Assembly (NCBI RefSeq): GCF_001194135.2
Contig: NC_068990.1
Coordinates: forward strand, 10,324,310-10,388,309
Reading direction: 5' to 3'
Length of the DNA: 64,000 nucleotides
Source of the DNA: Octopus bimaculoides
Lineage: Eukaryota
In this document: positions 12,800 through 26,949 of the stretch, piece after piece
Position numbering within the stretch: position 1 is the first letter of the stretch
Layout: each line of letters starts with the position of its first letter
The notes under the pieces: generated by a model
The model's input: the letters and a program-made list of their open reading frames with translations, nothing else
Databases searched by the model: none
Told to the model about the DNA's origin: nothing
Translations under genes and position numbers: made by a program

Positions 12800-13100
12800 G
12801 TCCCACTTTCTCATGTATTCAGTGACATAAAATAATTATAAAATACCCAGCTTTGAAAAAGAATTGAGAAGAAATGTTTATAAGCACACAGCCTTCATAA
12901 AACGCAAGGGTTAAAATGTTTCTATACTAATTATATTTCTCCAAAACACCTCTCCGAAACAACCTACACTAAGACCTAATTAGTGCACCACTCAATTTCT
13001 CACAACTAAAGAACACTTTAACGAAACAAAGACTATATAAAGCCCAAAATTAACTCTAATGCATTACAGTCTGACGACGGAGTTAAACTTCGATGTCACC
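12800..13100 (+). mobile_element. Possible Penelope-like 3' end / pseudo-LTR
   Basis: A/C-rich tail; 17-bp inverted repeat with 12540-12556; degenerate hammerhead core ctgacga-c-ggag/cttc at 13071-13092. Confidence 0.35.
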
Positions 13101-13765
13101 CTCAACAATATTCTTCACGAAGAAGAATATCCTACTAAAGTATAAATTATCCCCTCAGATAAACGTAATTTTTGTTTATTATAACTAGACATAGAAACAA
13201 CAACTAATACATATAGATATAGATTTATGTATAAATATATATAAATATATATANNNNNNNNNNNNNNNNNNNNNNNNNNNNNNNNNNNNNNNNNNNNNNN
13301 NNNNNNNNNNNNNNNNNNNNNNNNNNNNNNNNNNNNNNNNNNNNNNNNNNNNNNNNNNNNNNNNNNNNNNNNNNNNNNNNNNNNNNNNNNNNNNNNNNNN
13401 NNNNNNNNNNNNNNNNNNNNNNNNNNNNNNNNNNNNNNNNNNNNNNNNNNNNNNNNNNNNNNNNNNNNNNNNNNNNNNNNNNNNNNNNNNNNNNNNNNNN
13501 NNNNNNNNNNNNNNNNNNNNNNNNNNNNNNNNNNNNNNNNNNNNNNNNNNNNNNNNNNNNNNNNNNNNNNNNNNNNNNNNNNNNNNNNNNNNNNNNNNNN
13601 NNNNNNNNNNNNNNNNNNNNNNNNNNNNNNNNNNNNNNNNNNNNNNNNNNNNNNNNNNNNNNNNNNNNNNNNNNNNNNNNNNNNNNNNNNNNNNNNNNNN
13701 NNNNNNNNNNNNNNNNNNNNNNNNNNNNNNNNNNNNNNNNNNNNNNNNNNNNNNNNNNNNNNNNN

Positions 13766-13823
<58 letters not shown>

Positions 13824-16635
13824 CACAAGTGTGGTTTCTCTATGTGAATGATTCTAATTTTCACAGGTGTCGTATTAGTTTGAGGGAAAACATCTAGAAA
13901 AGACATTAAAGTACCAAATGATATCCACTTAAAAAAGTGATGCATATGTATGTGTGAGTGTGCATTGCATGAGTGTGTGTTTGTGCATGGGTGAGTGTGT
14001 GTATGTGTGTGTAGGCGCGTGTATGTGTACGTGTTAATGAGTGCGTGTATGTGTTGCATAAACAATGCACGCGATCTGATGAAAATATAGTGTATTTCCG
14101 TGTATCACCTTAAGTGTATGAATGTATCTACGATGTAAGTGTACGCATACATATAACTTCTTATAGACTTAGACACACACTCACATATCTGAACATATAT
14201 ATATATATATATATATACACATACACACACATATATGTATATATATAAATATATATATAAAATGTATATACATTAAGACATACATACATGCATATATATA
14301 TATATACGTAAATGTGTATGTATATAGTAGAAAAAATATCGTTATAGGTATAAATATACCATTAACAAGTATAGAAAATTGGAGGAGTAAAAGATGTTAA
14401 ATCAAAATTAGATTTAATACTAAATATGATGCAATACATACGCGCGTCTTAAAGGAGAAAACAAATATGTAATAAACAATTTATAATCATTGTAATTATA
14501 ATTAAATTTATCCGTTGTTTTTCATTGTCATCAGTGTAAGGAATGTTTGGGAGGACATCAGAAAAGGTTTAGTAAAATAAAGTAAATTATAATATACCGG
14601 CTAGTCTTGTCTGTGATCGATGTTTTTTCCTTGTTACGTTCTCTTTGGGTTTTTTCCTCTGCTTGTATGTACATTTTACTTAAATAGTGTAATTATTCAA
14701 ATATAGTATTGCCTATCACTTTTAGCCTCGTGCAATATATGTTTTTTTTTTCTTTATACTAGTGCACCTGTTACGTTATATTCTACATTACACAGGTGGC
14801 CCTATTTATTATACCTCGGCTCGAATTGTTACCATTTTTTAAAACATATCAGATTTTTATTCTAATTTTCATGTTGTTTACTGCACATATAGACGTGCAT
14901 ACACATTGACATGTCTGTCTTTTTTCTCTTTCGTCTCTCTCACTATTATTACTACTCTTATTTATCCTTTTTACAACTTGCTTGTAAATATCCGAATTTT
15001 CCCTATTAACCCATTTGTATTCTCCCTTATTATATTTTATTTTGATTTACTTTATTTTAGTAAATCTTTTTTGATGTCCTCCCAAAAATTCCTCACGCTG
15101 ATGAGAATGATATTTCATAAATGTAATTATGTTCTCCATGTTTCTATAATAGTTTATTATATATTCATACCTATAACGATATTTGTTTTATTACTATTTG
15201 CATATTTTTATTACTTGCTATGGATATTCTTTTTCTGAATATGATGAATCTTTATTAGAAATCATTCTTTCTCTCTCTTTCGGATCGGACCAATCAAAAA
15301 GTTTGAATTGTTCTTTGTTGAACTTAGTTTTCCCCACATAAGTATATATATTTATATATATAAGGATTTCGTAATGAGATAAAAGACCAAGGGTGTGTAT
15401 AAAATAGAACATTTATAAATAGGTATTACACCTGTTTCCCTGATATTTATTATATCCCTTCATCGAAGACGGTATGAGAAGATGTTTAAGCAATAGTTAG
15501 TTTACATAAGATAGGAAATAGAGAGAGAATGTACGGATATTGTATTTCTAAATCCATTAAAGTATGGGTGCCTTGCAGCAACTACATTAATGCACTAAGT
15601 TGAACGAAAGATCCGACAAACTCTCATCTGAATGAAAATATTAAGTAGTCACATACACTGTTTGTACAAATGAAATATCCATGTAGAAAATATACATTTC
15701 TTGTCACCATAAATAATTTCCATACACAGATTCATTTCCACAGAAACCTATGCCTGGATTGTAATGTAATGTAAGCCATTAATTACATAATAATCTTGAT
15801 AACCAAATGACTTATCCTTAATCACCTTTTTGCTTTACAATTTCACCCTATATACAAATGACGAAGAATACAATAATAGCGAAACTATGCCATGAAAGCA
15901 TATGTAGAGAGACTTTTATTGAAATTTCAGTCCATCCACAAGGAAAACACCAAACTACATTTAAATAGTTTAGAAGTACAGTTGGTGGAAAAGATAAATG
16001 TCATATAAACAGGGTGCACGAGTGGAAAATGGGGAAAAGGAAAAAAAAATTCATGTCAGAGTTTAAAAGAAAACAGACTCCTTTAAGGCAGAACGAGATT
16101 ATGGGAACTATCTGGTTTGCTGATGTCCAACCATATATCTTAAAATCAACGAGCACAGATATATATATATATATANNNNNNNNNNNNNNNNNNNNNNNNN
16201 NNNNNNNNNNNNNNNNNNNNNNNNNNNNNNNNNNNNNNNNNNNNNNNNNNNNNNNNNNNNNNNNNNNNNNNNNNNNNNNNNNNNNNNNNNNNNNNNNNNN
16301 NNNNNNNNNNNNNNNNNNNNNNNNNNNNNNNNNNNNNNNNNNNNNNNNNNNNNNNNNNNNNNNNNNNNNNNNNNNNNNNNNNNNNNNNNNNNNNNNNNNN
16401 NNNNNNNNNNNNNNNNNNNNNNNNNNNNNNNNNNNNNNNNNNNNNNNNNNNNNNNNNNNNNNNNNNNNNNNNNNNNNNNNNNNNNNNNNNNNNNNNNNNN
16501 NNNNNNNNNNNNNNNNNNNNNNNNNNNNNNNNNNNNNNNNNNNNNNNNNNNNNNNNNNNNNNNNNNNNNNNNNNNNNNNNNNNNNNNNNNNNNNNNNNNN
16601 NNNNNNNNNNNNNNNNNNNNNNNNNNNNNNNNNNN

Positions 16636-16680
<45 letters not shown>

Positions 16681-17026
16681 CACACATATATGCCCAAGTA
16701 ATGTCCAAACAAGTGTCTAGCAATCCAAGCATTGTGAGTGATTTATTAAAATAGTAAATAGAGCAATTTTTCCTTCGGGTAGTGAGCACCATATTTAACC
16801 ATGGTGAACAATTCAAAACTGGGCAGAGACTATTTATCTTGCTCTTTGTCGTTGTCGATCTATCGCTTTCCATTTATATTCTATTTTGTTTAACACGCAC
16901 AGGAAAAACCGTGCAGCACTCACAAACGCAAACACCTATGTATGTGTCCGTTAGAGCGTATGCACGTTTATGCACGTGTCTCAGCATGTATATGTGGTTA
17001 TGTGTTTGGTTTTGTATATATATATA

Positions 17027-17062
<36 letters not shown>

Positions 17063-17072
17063 NNNNNNNNNN

Positions 17073-17118
<46 letters not shown>

Positions 17119-17407
17119 CATACACACACATTGTACGTGTTATTATGTTTACTTCAATGCCTCAGCTTTATATATTTTTGGTACAGTATTACACTATACC
17201 TTCCATTTCTAGCTGTAGGACTTTACCGTAAGATCTCTCCAGCTTATCTCTCTCATAATCTCTCTCAATCACAAGTTGGCTTCTTAAATCAGTAGACAAG
17301 ATGGAGCAATGCCAAATGAACAATGCGTGAAATTCCAGTCTATATTCTTCGATAAATGACTTATAGGATATTTAGATTTTAGATTCATTCAGTGTGAAGG
17401 AACTCAC

Positions 17408-17446
17408 CTTTTGATTGAAACTAATTAGATTGCTACGCACTTTTCT
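17408..17446 (-). CDS. Candidate 39-nt internal exon of an unknown gene
   Basis: ctattttcatttcag|...AAG|gtgagt; open in phase 0-0 as RKVRSNLISFNQK; no flanking exons identified. Confidence 0.3.
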
Positions 17447-17613
17447 CTGAAATGAAAATAGCTAACATCAGCTTGAACACAATTTCATTTGAAAAGAAAT
17501 TCCATGAGAAATGGGAAATATATTTCTTTACTTTAGCTTAATCTAGGTGATTTTCTTTATGCAGATCAAGTATTCGTTACACTTCTTCCACATCACGTGT
17601 ATGTAGGTGTGTG

Positions 17614-17664
<51 letters not shown>

Positions 17665-18049
17665 GTATGTATGTATACGTGTATATGCATATATATATAT
17701 ATATGAATATATATAAGTATATTTATATATATAAATAAATAAATATGCATATATATAGATACATAGATAGATAGATAGATAGATAGATATATATATAAAT
17801 ACATATATGCATATATATGTATGTAGGCATGTATGCATATATATGAACATATATATGCATATATATTTTTACTGTATAAACTTTATATTAATCATTACTT
17901 TGTCTTCATTTGTAGAACCATATAAAATACTAATACCGCTCATAGAAATGCTATATAGAATTGCAGTTTCCCTGTGAATTACTGTTTATCAACCACTTGA
18001 GCAGAAAAATGCGCAACGCCATTATTTACAAACAACAAATTTTTAGATG

Positions 18050-18330
18050 ACCTATTATCGATAACCATATATGCCTTTAACCGTGTGGTACTTTAAAGCA
18101 CTTTTCTGTTGGTATCTTTATAAATTTATGACGGATATTGTAAGGTGGTTTTATTTCCTCTAACACGAAACCGCATTCTTTTACTCTTTTCTATCCGTTA
18201 TTCCTATTTCTTCACCATCATATTTCTACATCCCCATTTTCTACATTCCAGTTAATTACATCTCTGCCTTTACGTTCTCAACCACTCCATTGCATCACTT
18301 ACAGCACACCCAGTCATCAAAATATCCACT
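18050..18330 (-). mobile_element. Decayed CR1-like LINE RT fragment
   Basis: Purine-rich minus strand with RT-like remnants (KCFKVPHG); very degenerate. Confidence 0.3.
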
Positions 18331-20612
18331 ATAACCTCAGCCTTTTAAAATTCTAGCTTTAAGAAACTGTAATTATCTTCACATCTGAGCGTTAAAACAT
18401 TAGTGAAAAGAATTTTCATAACTACAATAATTTTCAAACCATTTCAGTCACCCAACTCTTCAACAAAGCACAAACAATTTCTTCTTTACTACACTGGCAG
18501 TAACATGTCTCCTACTAAAAAAGTAATCTCTAAACGTATTCAACTCCGTACAACATTTTCAAGATATTAGAAGAGTATTAAGTAAGATATGCAACGAATG
18601 TAAAGAACAATGATTATATTATTGTTCTAAATTGAAAATAAATACAAACGAAATGATGAGTTTTACGGTTATTAACATCGCTAGAAAATTACGCTAAACA
18701 TCGAATGGGATGTATAGAACTGTGTGTACATTAATTCAATTCTTTTGTGTAATCAGTTTTATTTGAGAATCCATGATTGTCTTTCTAGTAACGATATTGA
18801 TTAAAATGGTAAAATAATCTAAGTAAAACAATTCTTTCTTAAACAGTATTACATATGCGTGTGCGTGAAAACAATTAAGGAGCAATATTTTTCTGGTAAA
18901 ACAATTCAATTCACTTCGATAGCATAAATAAATCTTGTTTACGCGATGCTAAATTAGTATCGGAAACACAAAGCTGTATAATACAGCACATAGATGTTGC
19001 AGTGGATTATGTAACGCAGTTTGATGTATTACAAAAATAATTTTTTATGCTTTCATATGCTTTCGTTACTCAGATATCGATGTTATACGTACAATTTTTA
19101 CATTTTAAATATTAGTCATTTCTTCAGTTAGGATTCTGTACATTATCTACTCTACGTTGGAGTGGAATCGCCGATGAATGTTATTTTCATAAATTCGTTA
19201 AATGATTTTTGGTTATATGTATACTTGATATTGCGCCAAAAACGCAGTTTGTTAGAAACGAAAGCGACAAATGTAACTCGAAGTAATTTGAGACTAATAC
19301 ATCTAATTGTATTTGTTTTAAATCTTCGCATGTTTTACACTTCGCATGTTGTTATCCTTGATATTTAACAGTAGGCATATATGAATAACTGGATTTATAA
19401 AGAATATATTTCCCTGTTGAACAAATTTGAAACATAGATTCTGATTTTTATTAACTGAGGCCCAATATTACTTTAAATATATTATGCATCAAATATGACG
19501 TTTGCCGCAAAGTTTTTAATCTTCTAAACGCTAGACATATATGCTGGTAAAAATCTGTAAGCTGGCGTCAGGGGAAAATACTTAGTAGACCTATATATTT
19601 TGCTGTCGTTGGGCATTTTATGTTTATACAAACCAGTTGTATATTTCTGCTTCGTATTTATGTCTTTGTGTTGGCCAAGTTTGTCTTGAATATCTAGATA
19701 ACATTCGCAACCTGGATAACTGTTTCTCGAGAGATATTCAAACGTGAATATCTTTTATAGCATTGTTAGTATAAATTTTACGGCACAACAAGCTATGAAA
19801 CGATATTAAGGCATTATGGTACTGAACTTACTCAGCAATTTTACTTTGGAGAAATATAATCATAAAACAGATACATGTTATAGAATCTCAACGAGAAGTT
19901 GAGAAAACTAAGGTACTTAGACTATTGTAAAAGGAGTCTTTTGACTGGGAATAACCTCAGGTCTTACTTCTGAATTTCAAATAAGAGAAGTTGCTGAAAT
20001 ATACATTACTTGACCTAAGCAGCGTTTCTCACACTGAAAGCCTGATTCAGAGTGCAGGCAGTATATACATAATTCATAGAATTATCATGTACAAGAAAAC
20101 GTCTTGCATAATAAGGGGTGAATTTTGAAGAGCACATCTGCGTGGCTATCCTTTAAAAATAGTGAAGCTAATTGAAGGTTTGCCTAGTTACCATTTCAGG
20201 TTTGAGAGCGACAAATGTTGCGTTAATTAAAATCGTATCCATGAAGAATATTTTGCATAGTACAGACTTCTGTATAACTCAGCCTATGTCATGTAGTTTA
20301 AGTCATGAATAGAGGGCTTGTGACATTGTTTTGTTTTTCCTTTGTAAAATCAAAACAACAAAGAGGAATGTAAAACTGAAAATATCATGAAAATGTTCCA
20401 ATGAAAAATCTGAGAATGAAACACTGATGCGAATTTTTCATACCCTTTACATTTAACGCAAGTAAAAGTTGCAGAAAGTACACAAATCGCCCATGAAACA
20501 TTTCTTGGGAACCTAACCTGTATCGCTCCACAATTTCTAGTTCGATACATGTTAAAAAAGTTGTGCATTAATCTACACACATATACAATCAAAAGATGAA
20601 ACATTTCAATTT

Positions 20613-20718
20613 AGAAGAAATGGGGTAGATTCATTTAACCAAAATTTATTCAAGGCGGTGCTCCGGCGTGGCCACAATCTAACGTCTGAAACAAATAAGA
20701 GTTTAAAAAAATAAAAGA
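20613..20718 (+). mobile_element. SINE family B 3' tail fragment
   Basis: ggcggtgctccggcgtggccacaatc..tctgaaacaaataaga matches the tail of the copy at 47927-48220. Confidence 0.7.
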
Positions 20719-21811
20719 TCCGCTTAAATCACATATATGTGTGAAAGTACTTAGAGCAGCATGGATCACTTTATTCCTCTTCACAATGATGTTTTCTGAG
20801 AAATATTGTCACCAAAGTTTTTGTGTGTATTCTATATTTATCAACAGTAATTTCCATATACGAACGTATGAAAATATGGATTGATTTTTTCATGTAATCA
20901 CAATGCAGGGGAATATTTCCCTCATTTTACTGTTCAATGTAATTCTCCCAGGGAAACCTAGTTTATGAGATAAAGCACTTTATAAAATATGGTCTAAATA
21001 AATTTCATAGATCAATGCATGAAAATCACAGAAACATTCATGCACCGATTGTAAATTAGCCCAGCTATATTGATTGGGTTCTCATTTATGCAAACTCCCG
21101 GCGATGTATTATTGAACTTGCATCTGGATTTGAAATATTCTTTGTGATTTCCTGAATATTTAGGATTATTGCATCAAAATTGCAAGGGTTTTATTATAAA
21201 ATATAATATTCGCTGAATGAGTTTTGCTTTGAATCTTACAGCACACTATATCTCAAAAATGCTATCTCCATGTACTAACCATTGAATTTTACGTCATATA
21301 TATGATACAACAATTATTAAATTTAGAACGTTTCACTTTTGTTTTGTGCTTATTGTTAATACTGATATGGACACACACACACACACACACACACTCACAC
21401 ACACACACACACACACACACACAGATGAGTATGAGAGGAGTATATATTTAATTAACTACTTCATATCCGCTTGATATAAAATTACGTTTCGCAATCTTCA
21501 TCGTAATATAATTTCCTTCTATGATAAATTATTTTACATACCTCTATGAAAATGCTTGCTACATAGTGCACAGCAAACTTGTGGACTTCCAAATGAATGC
21601 AAACAGTAGGTCAGCTCTTCAGATCACCCGAACATAATGGTTACGCGAATCCTTAAACTAACATGCATGATTTATATACTAAAATTATTATTACACGGTG
21701 AAGTTTCCGAAACGACCCTGGTAAAATGAATATAAACATCTCTCATGCCTACTGATATAGTGAGACAGACTGAAGTAGGAAGATACGAGATTCTTAACTG
21801 ATCACTACTAT

Positions 21812-21812
<1 letters not shown>

Positions 21813-21882
<70 letters not shown>
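21813..21882. repeat. (GATA)n microsatellite
   Basis: Read directly. Confidence 0.98.
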
Positions 21883-22399
21883 CTGTGTGTGTATATGTGT
21901 GTTTGTAGTGCTAAATGCTAAGTATACATTATAGAGAAAATATGAGGGCAATATTTAATAAATAAGAACTTAGATTAACATTTTCACAAGAAGAAACATA
22001 GTCTCAGAATTTCAACCTTTACAACTTCATCAGAATAAATAGTAGAAATAGTTGGGGTATAAAGTAGAATAATCCATTAGGGCATTGAAAAGATTTCCGG
22101 AAGTTCCGTAGCCTTAGCGAGTAGTTAAGAAGGGAGTGATAGGAGTGAATATTTACGTAAGTATAGGAATAAAGCCGTAGCATGGAAGGGTGATACGTAG
22201 ATTTTGTGGATGCGTTACTCTTTTAGAAATGTGAAAATCCTTCGAGTTGTAATGTAGACTGGAAGGATTTTGTCTGTGCAGTTGGCACATGTTCAAAGAA
22301 AACGTGAATTGTAACGCGGCGAGAGGAGGCGCAAGTGTGAGTTAAATGGAACGGCAAGATAAATATATAGAGTGTGTTTTGTTTTGTGTATATAAGGTA

Positions 22400-22660
22400 A
22401 GAGTTTAAAACGCTTTTCAAGAGAGGAACATTTGAATTCAATAAGTAAAACAAGGATAGAAAAAGTGTGAATTTGTTAGAAAAAATGCAAAGAAGATTTA
22501 CATAAAATTTATAAATCACTTCAAAATTTCCTGATGAATTTAAAAGAAGTTTTAAAATTCTGAGATACTTGCTGAAGAATTAAAAAAGCAAATCGAACAT
22601 GGGTCTATTGAAAAGCTTAAGATGATTTGAGAAGGTGTGATAGATATGTGCGCAAGTACA
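22400..22660 (+). mobile_element. Decayed CR1-clade LINE ORF2 C-terminus
   Basis: KDRKSVNLLEKMQRRFT resembles the CR1 motif KKDIxxLEKVQRRATK. Confidence 0.5.
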
Positions 22661-24291
22661 CTAATCGAAAAAAAGAAATTTTACTAATTTAGGGAAAAAA
22701 GTGGAAAATATTTAAAATTATTAACAAGCCACAAAACTGGTACAAAATCCTAAGATATGTTGTTAGATTTACTTATGGGCCTCTAGGTATGTAACTGATT
22801 ATGTACATATACGTATCTAAATGTGCATTCGAGTATATATCTGCGCAACTGCATTAAATCTAATATTTCGTTTCACATAAATTGATGAGAATTGTGCGTT
22901 AAATAACGATAGGTATTACTGAGAGGGTGGTGCCGTTTCTCGTTCTTAAATCTATGATAAGTATAATAGTCACCGGTATTATTCTAATTTGTTTTAAGGT
23001 ACATATATTAGATGTTTCCTAGCCTGCAGTAAATGTTTTGCTTGGGGATTTCTGTACTGCAATTTATGTGTGTGTGTGTGTGTGTGTGTGTGTTTGGGTG
23101 TGTGTTTGTATNNNNNNNNNNNNNNNNNNNNNNNNNNNNNNNNNNNNNNNNNNNNNNNNNNNNNNNNNNNNNNNNNNNNNNNNNNNNNNNNNNNNNNNNN
23201 NNNNNNNNNNNNNNNNNNNNNNNNNTATATATATATATATATATATATTTGTAAGTATATACATATATGTATATATATATAAATATATATACATATATAC
23301 AAACAAAAACGCAAGCACATACACGCACACGCACACACACACACACACCTTTATATATAAATATAAAGTTTGAATGGAAGTAGTTGATGATGCAAAAGTA
23401 AAAATATACCAGTAGACATAGAACTAATGTTTTTTTTTTCAATTTAATATCATCACTTATATTCAATTTGAGTTTTGTTTTTGTACATCAATTTAGTGCC
23501 TCTCCGTTCTATGTCTAATCACATCTTTAAATCATCTCACTTGATTCCTTTCTGTTTTCCTCATTCTATTTGCGTTTTCATTCTATATCACTTGTTTCTT
23601 GTCTTTATTTTCCCTGCTACTGAAGTGGAATAATCTGAGAAAATGTTTATCACATAACAAGTGTTTTTACCTGTAAGGCATTAAATGGCAAATCTATTCT
23701 CCACTTTTCAACGTTCGGCACGTACATCTGATCTCAATTTTCATTCTAGTTCTGGATTTCTGTGTATTAAAATGTCTTGAGGGCAAGTGGGTTAGGGCTG
23801 CGTCAATAAGGAGAAAAGCACGTTGATTATTGGATCAATCACCAGCATTTAACTCATAAAAAATTATAATAGAAATTTGTGCAATGTAGTAATATTTTAG
23901 AGGCTGAATATATATATATTATTTCATTTGCATATATATTTGTATGAATTTTCATTTTTCTCTGTACGATAATATATATTAGATATCTTCAGCGATTCTG
24001 TGTTATGAAATTAGTGAGTTTAGAGGTAAGAATGTGATTTGAAGCTATACTTGTTAGAAACAAAATAATACAACGAAACAATAATATATGCATTCATTTA
24101 TAAGCGTTATTATAAGTTCGTGTTTATACACATAATTTGATATCCCGTTTGCAGTCTTAACAAGATTTACTTGTATTTAATTAAGAACAAGTATAGAAGA
24201 AATGACTAACATATGCACGAAGTTAGTTTGCTGAATTGCAGCGTAAGACAAGCATATTTTGATATATCCACAATGTGATCTGCAAAACGTG

Positions 24292-24310
24292 ACACACACT
24301 CACAAATACA

Positions 24311-24404
<94 letters not shown>
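24292..24404. repeat. (CA)n microsatellite
   Basis: Read directly. Confidence 0.98.
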
Positions 24405-24408
<4 letters not shown>

Positions 24409-24944
24409 CTTGCATCTTATAGACCTATTTGAGATCAATGATGTATATTTGTGCATTATGGAGTGCCGAAAGCGCTGCAATATCGTTTATATTTCTTAAT
24501 TAAGACTAGGTATGATTTATTATTGCATAATAATTTATAATATGGTACTGAAAATATAAACGAATTTTGAGAGTAACATCTATTGCATGACTAATTTTCT
24601 ATCACATGCAAGTTTTAAGTAACATTCATTTATGTTCTTCTGAATGTTCATCATTTTCTCTCACGTCGAGTTTTTCTTCGTGGATTAATCTTCAGTAGCT
24701 CGCAGTTATGTGAAGCATGTTATATTAAAATCCACTCACTTTACGGAACTCTTTATGGCGCTTTTCATTTGGGTCTAACTATTGTTATAACATTTCATTT
24801 TTTATACTTTCTACCGTATTTCTTCCTATTTCATAAACATTCTTTCGTTTCCACACACCCTCCTAACTCGAGTCATTTTTCAGTACACTGTTACTCTAAT
24901 ATGAAACAGAACTCTTCCAATTTGTACAGGACATGTTCTAATAT

Positions 24945-25104
24945 ACATTATTTACATTATTTACATTTGACGGATATTTGTCCTCATCTTGTTTGTTGTT
25001 AACACAATGTTTCGGCTGACATACCCTCCAGCCTTCGTCAGGTGTCTTGGGGAAATTTTGAACCTGGGTTCTCATTCCTAACGATGTTACTATTATTATA
25101 ATTA

Positions 25105-25135
<31 letters not shown>

Positions 25136-25155
25136 CAGGTCGCTGCCGTGAATCT
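24945..25155 (-). mobile_element. Short non-autonomous repeat carrying (AAT)n and a hammerhead motif
   Basis: Minus-strand order: gattcacggcagcgacc remnant, (AAT)n 25095-25133, spacer, hammerhead, then aacaacaaacaagatgaggacaaatatccgtcaaatgtaaataatgtaaataatgt. Confidence 0.65.
25001..25046 (-). ncRNA. Minimal type I hammerhead ribozyme motif (stem III mutated)
   Basis: GACAC-CUGACGA-A-GGCUG-gagggUaUgU-CAGCC-GAAA-C-A-U-U-GUGUU: stem I GACAC/GUGUU, 5-bp stem II, both core boxes present; stem III is ACAU rather than palindromic ACGU. Confidence 0.75.
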
Positions 25156-25677
25156 ACACAGGAAAGTTAGATGGTTTGAAAGACGAGCTAGTTTTTGATG
25201 GAGTTTCTCTATATGTCTCCAATGAAGTCTAATGTCGGCTCCGTGCCGATTAGATAATACAGTATAATACTGTATGTTCTAATATAGCCGGAGTTACACT
25301 GTCTGAAAACAAAGTCACAAGGTAGTCATAGGCAGAAATTGTTTTGTCCTTGATCGGTTGGGAAAATGTCAAATGGTGATAATCTGAAAATAATATGAAA
25401 CGACGAGACAAAATAACAGATTATCATTTCAGAATTTCTTTGAGAATGAAAAAGTATATGCTATAATTAAGGGTTAGTATTAATTTTACTAAACGAACGT
25501 CATGTAAGATTCATCGACAAGCGTTGATAAAACTTACATATTTGTTTATTATTTTAAGCAAGGTATGTTTTGACATTATCAGCAACTATTTTATATGTGG
25601 GTGGATATTGAATTAGAAGTGACATTGTAATCCCAATTGTATGACAGTATATTTTGTCTAAACGTAATACTATATTC

Positions 25678-25800
25678 ATTTCTACTCTCAGCACATTGCC
25701 CGAAATTTTGGGGGAGGGAGCCAGTCGATTCAATCGACCCCAGTACGCAACTGGTACTTAATTGATCGATCCCGAAAGGATGAAAGGTAACGTCGACCTG
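25678..25800 (-). mobile_element. SINE family A 3' half
   Basis: Reverse complement gtcgacgttacctttcatcctttcgggatcgatcaattaagtaccagttgcgtactggggtcgattgaatcgactgg; well preserved. Confidence 0.88.
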
Positions 25801-26949
25801 GCCTGAAACGGAATAGTATATCATGAAATTTCTGATAATGATTTTACAGAATATTTCATAAATCGATTATGTTGACCTGGATATACCATTGCTTCCTTCC
25901 TACAAATTGATGAAGACAAAGCATGTTTGGATTAATATTGGTATTGACATAATATTTTGATGCTTTCGTATATCGTTATGTCCAATGTTAAATTATAGAC
26001 ATTATGTGGATCCAACCTCGAAGAGTACTAATACCGTCAGATAGGTCTATAGTTTGAACATGTATTTAACAAAATCCTATTATAGAAACTACGAGAGCAA
26101 GAAATATATGATGTTTATGAATGAGAACCTTCATGAATTTTTAAATAACATTTAGAGTGAGAACTAAATATTAAAATCGATAATGTGAAGAAAAGTAAAC
26201 CGATAACAAAAAATATGTGCGTGTCGAAATGAAGGAAATAAATACGAAAGAAAAAATGAAGTTATGGAAACACTGATCCTTCTATATTATTGTGTATAAT
26301 ATTTAAAAATATTGATCGATATAAACAACAATATAGCTGGGAATATTAGATGCATTTAACCCCTTTAAATATTACAGAGAAGAATAATTAAATATCGATC
26401 CTTATAGATTAGTGAAGAATCCATATGCTGTGCATTGGAACGATAAATTGAACGAAAGTGTTGGAAACTTGTTGGTGAGAAGTGAATAAGGAAAACAGTG
26501 ATTAATATATAAAAAAAAAATAATAATAAATCTGTATAAAATGGAAGAAGCAAATGTGTTTTGACTGAATGTGTGAGCAAATGAATGAAATATGTAAAAG
26601 GATAGACTAAATTGAAAACACTTACGAAAATGAAAGTCGAGTCAATGAGAAAGTATATATATTGATGAATAGAAGCACTGCATGAAACAGAGGTCAGTGT
26701 ATTTACTACAAATACTACAATCAAGAATTGTCAGCAATATATATAAATTTGATTAAATGATGACCCTAAAATGACAAGGAATATAACTGCTGTTAGTCTA
26801 AAAGTATAGGTAGACTGACAGTTTCCGAACGGACAATAAGAATAAATTTAATGAATTATACACACACAAACTCAGAAATATTGAAAATGAATTAAAATGA
26901 TTCTGTAAATATTACATGACACAACTAAATGGAAAACCCTGTCTGAAAT

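Noticed and set aside
23690-23740. TFGTYI* and similar pieces (21690, 37550, 39900) as Ig-domain DxGxYxC motifs
   Set aside because: On mixed strands, need repairs, and lack the upstream Cys/Trp.
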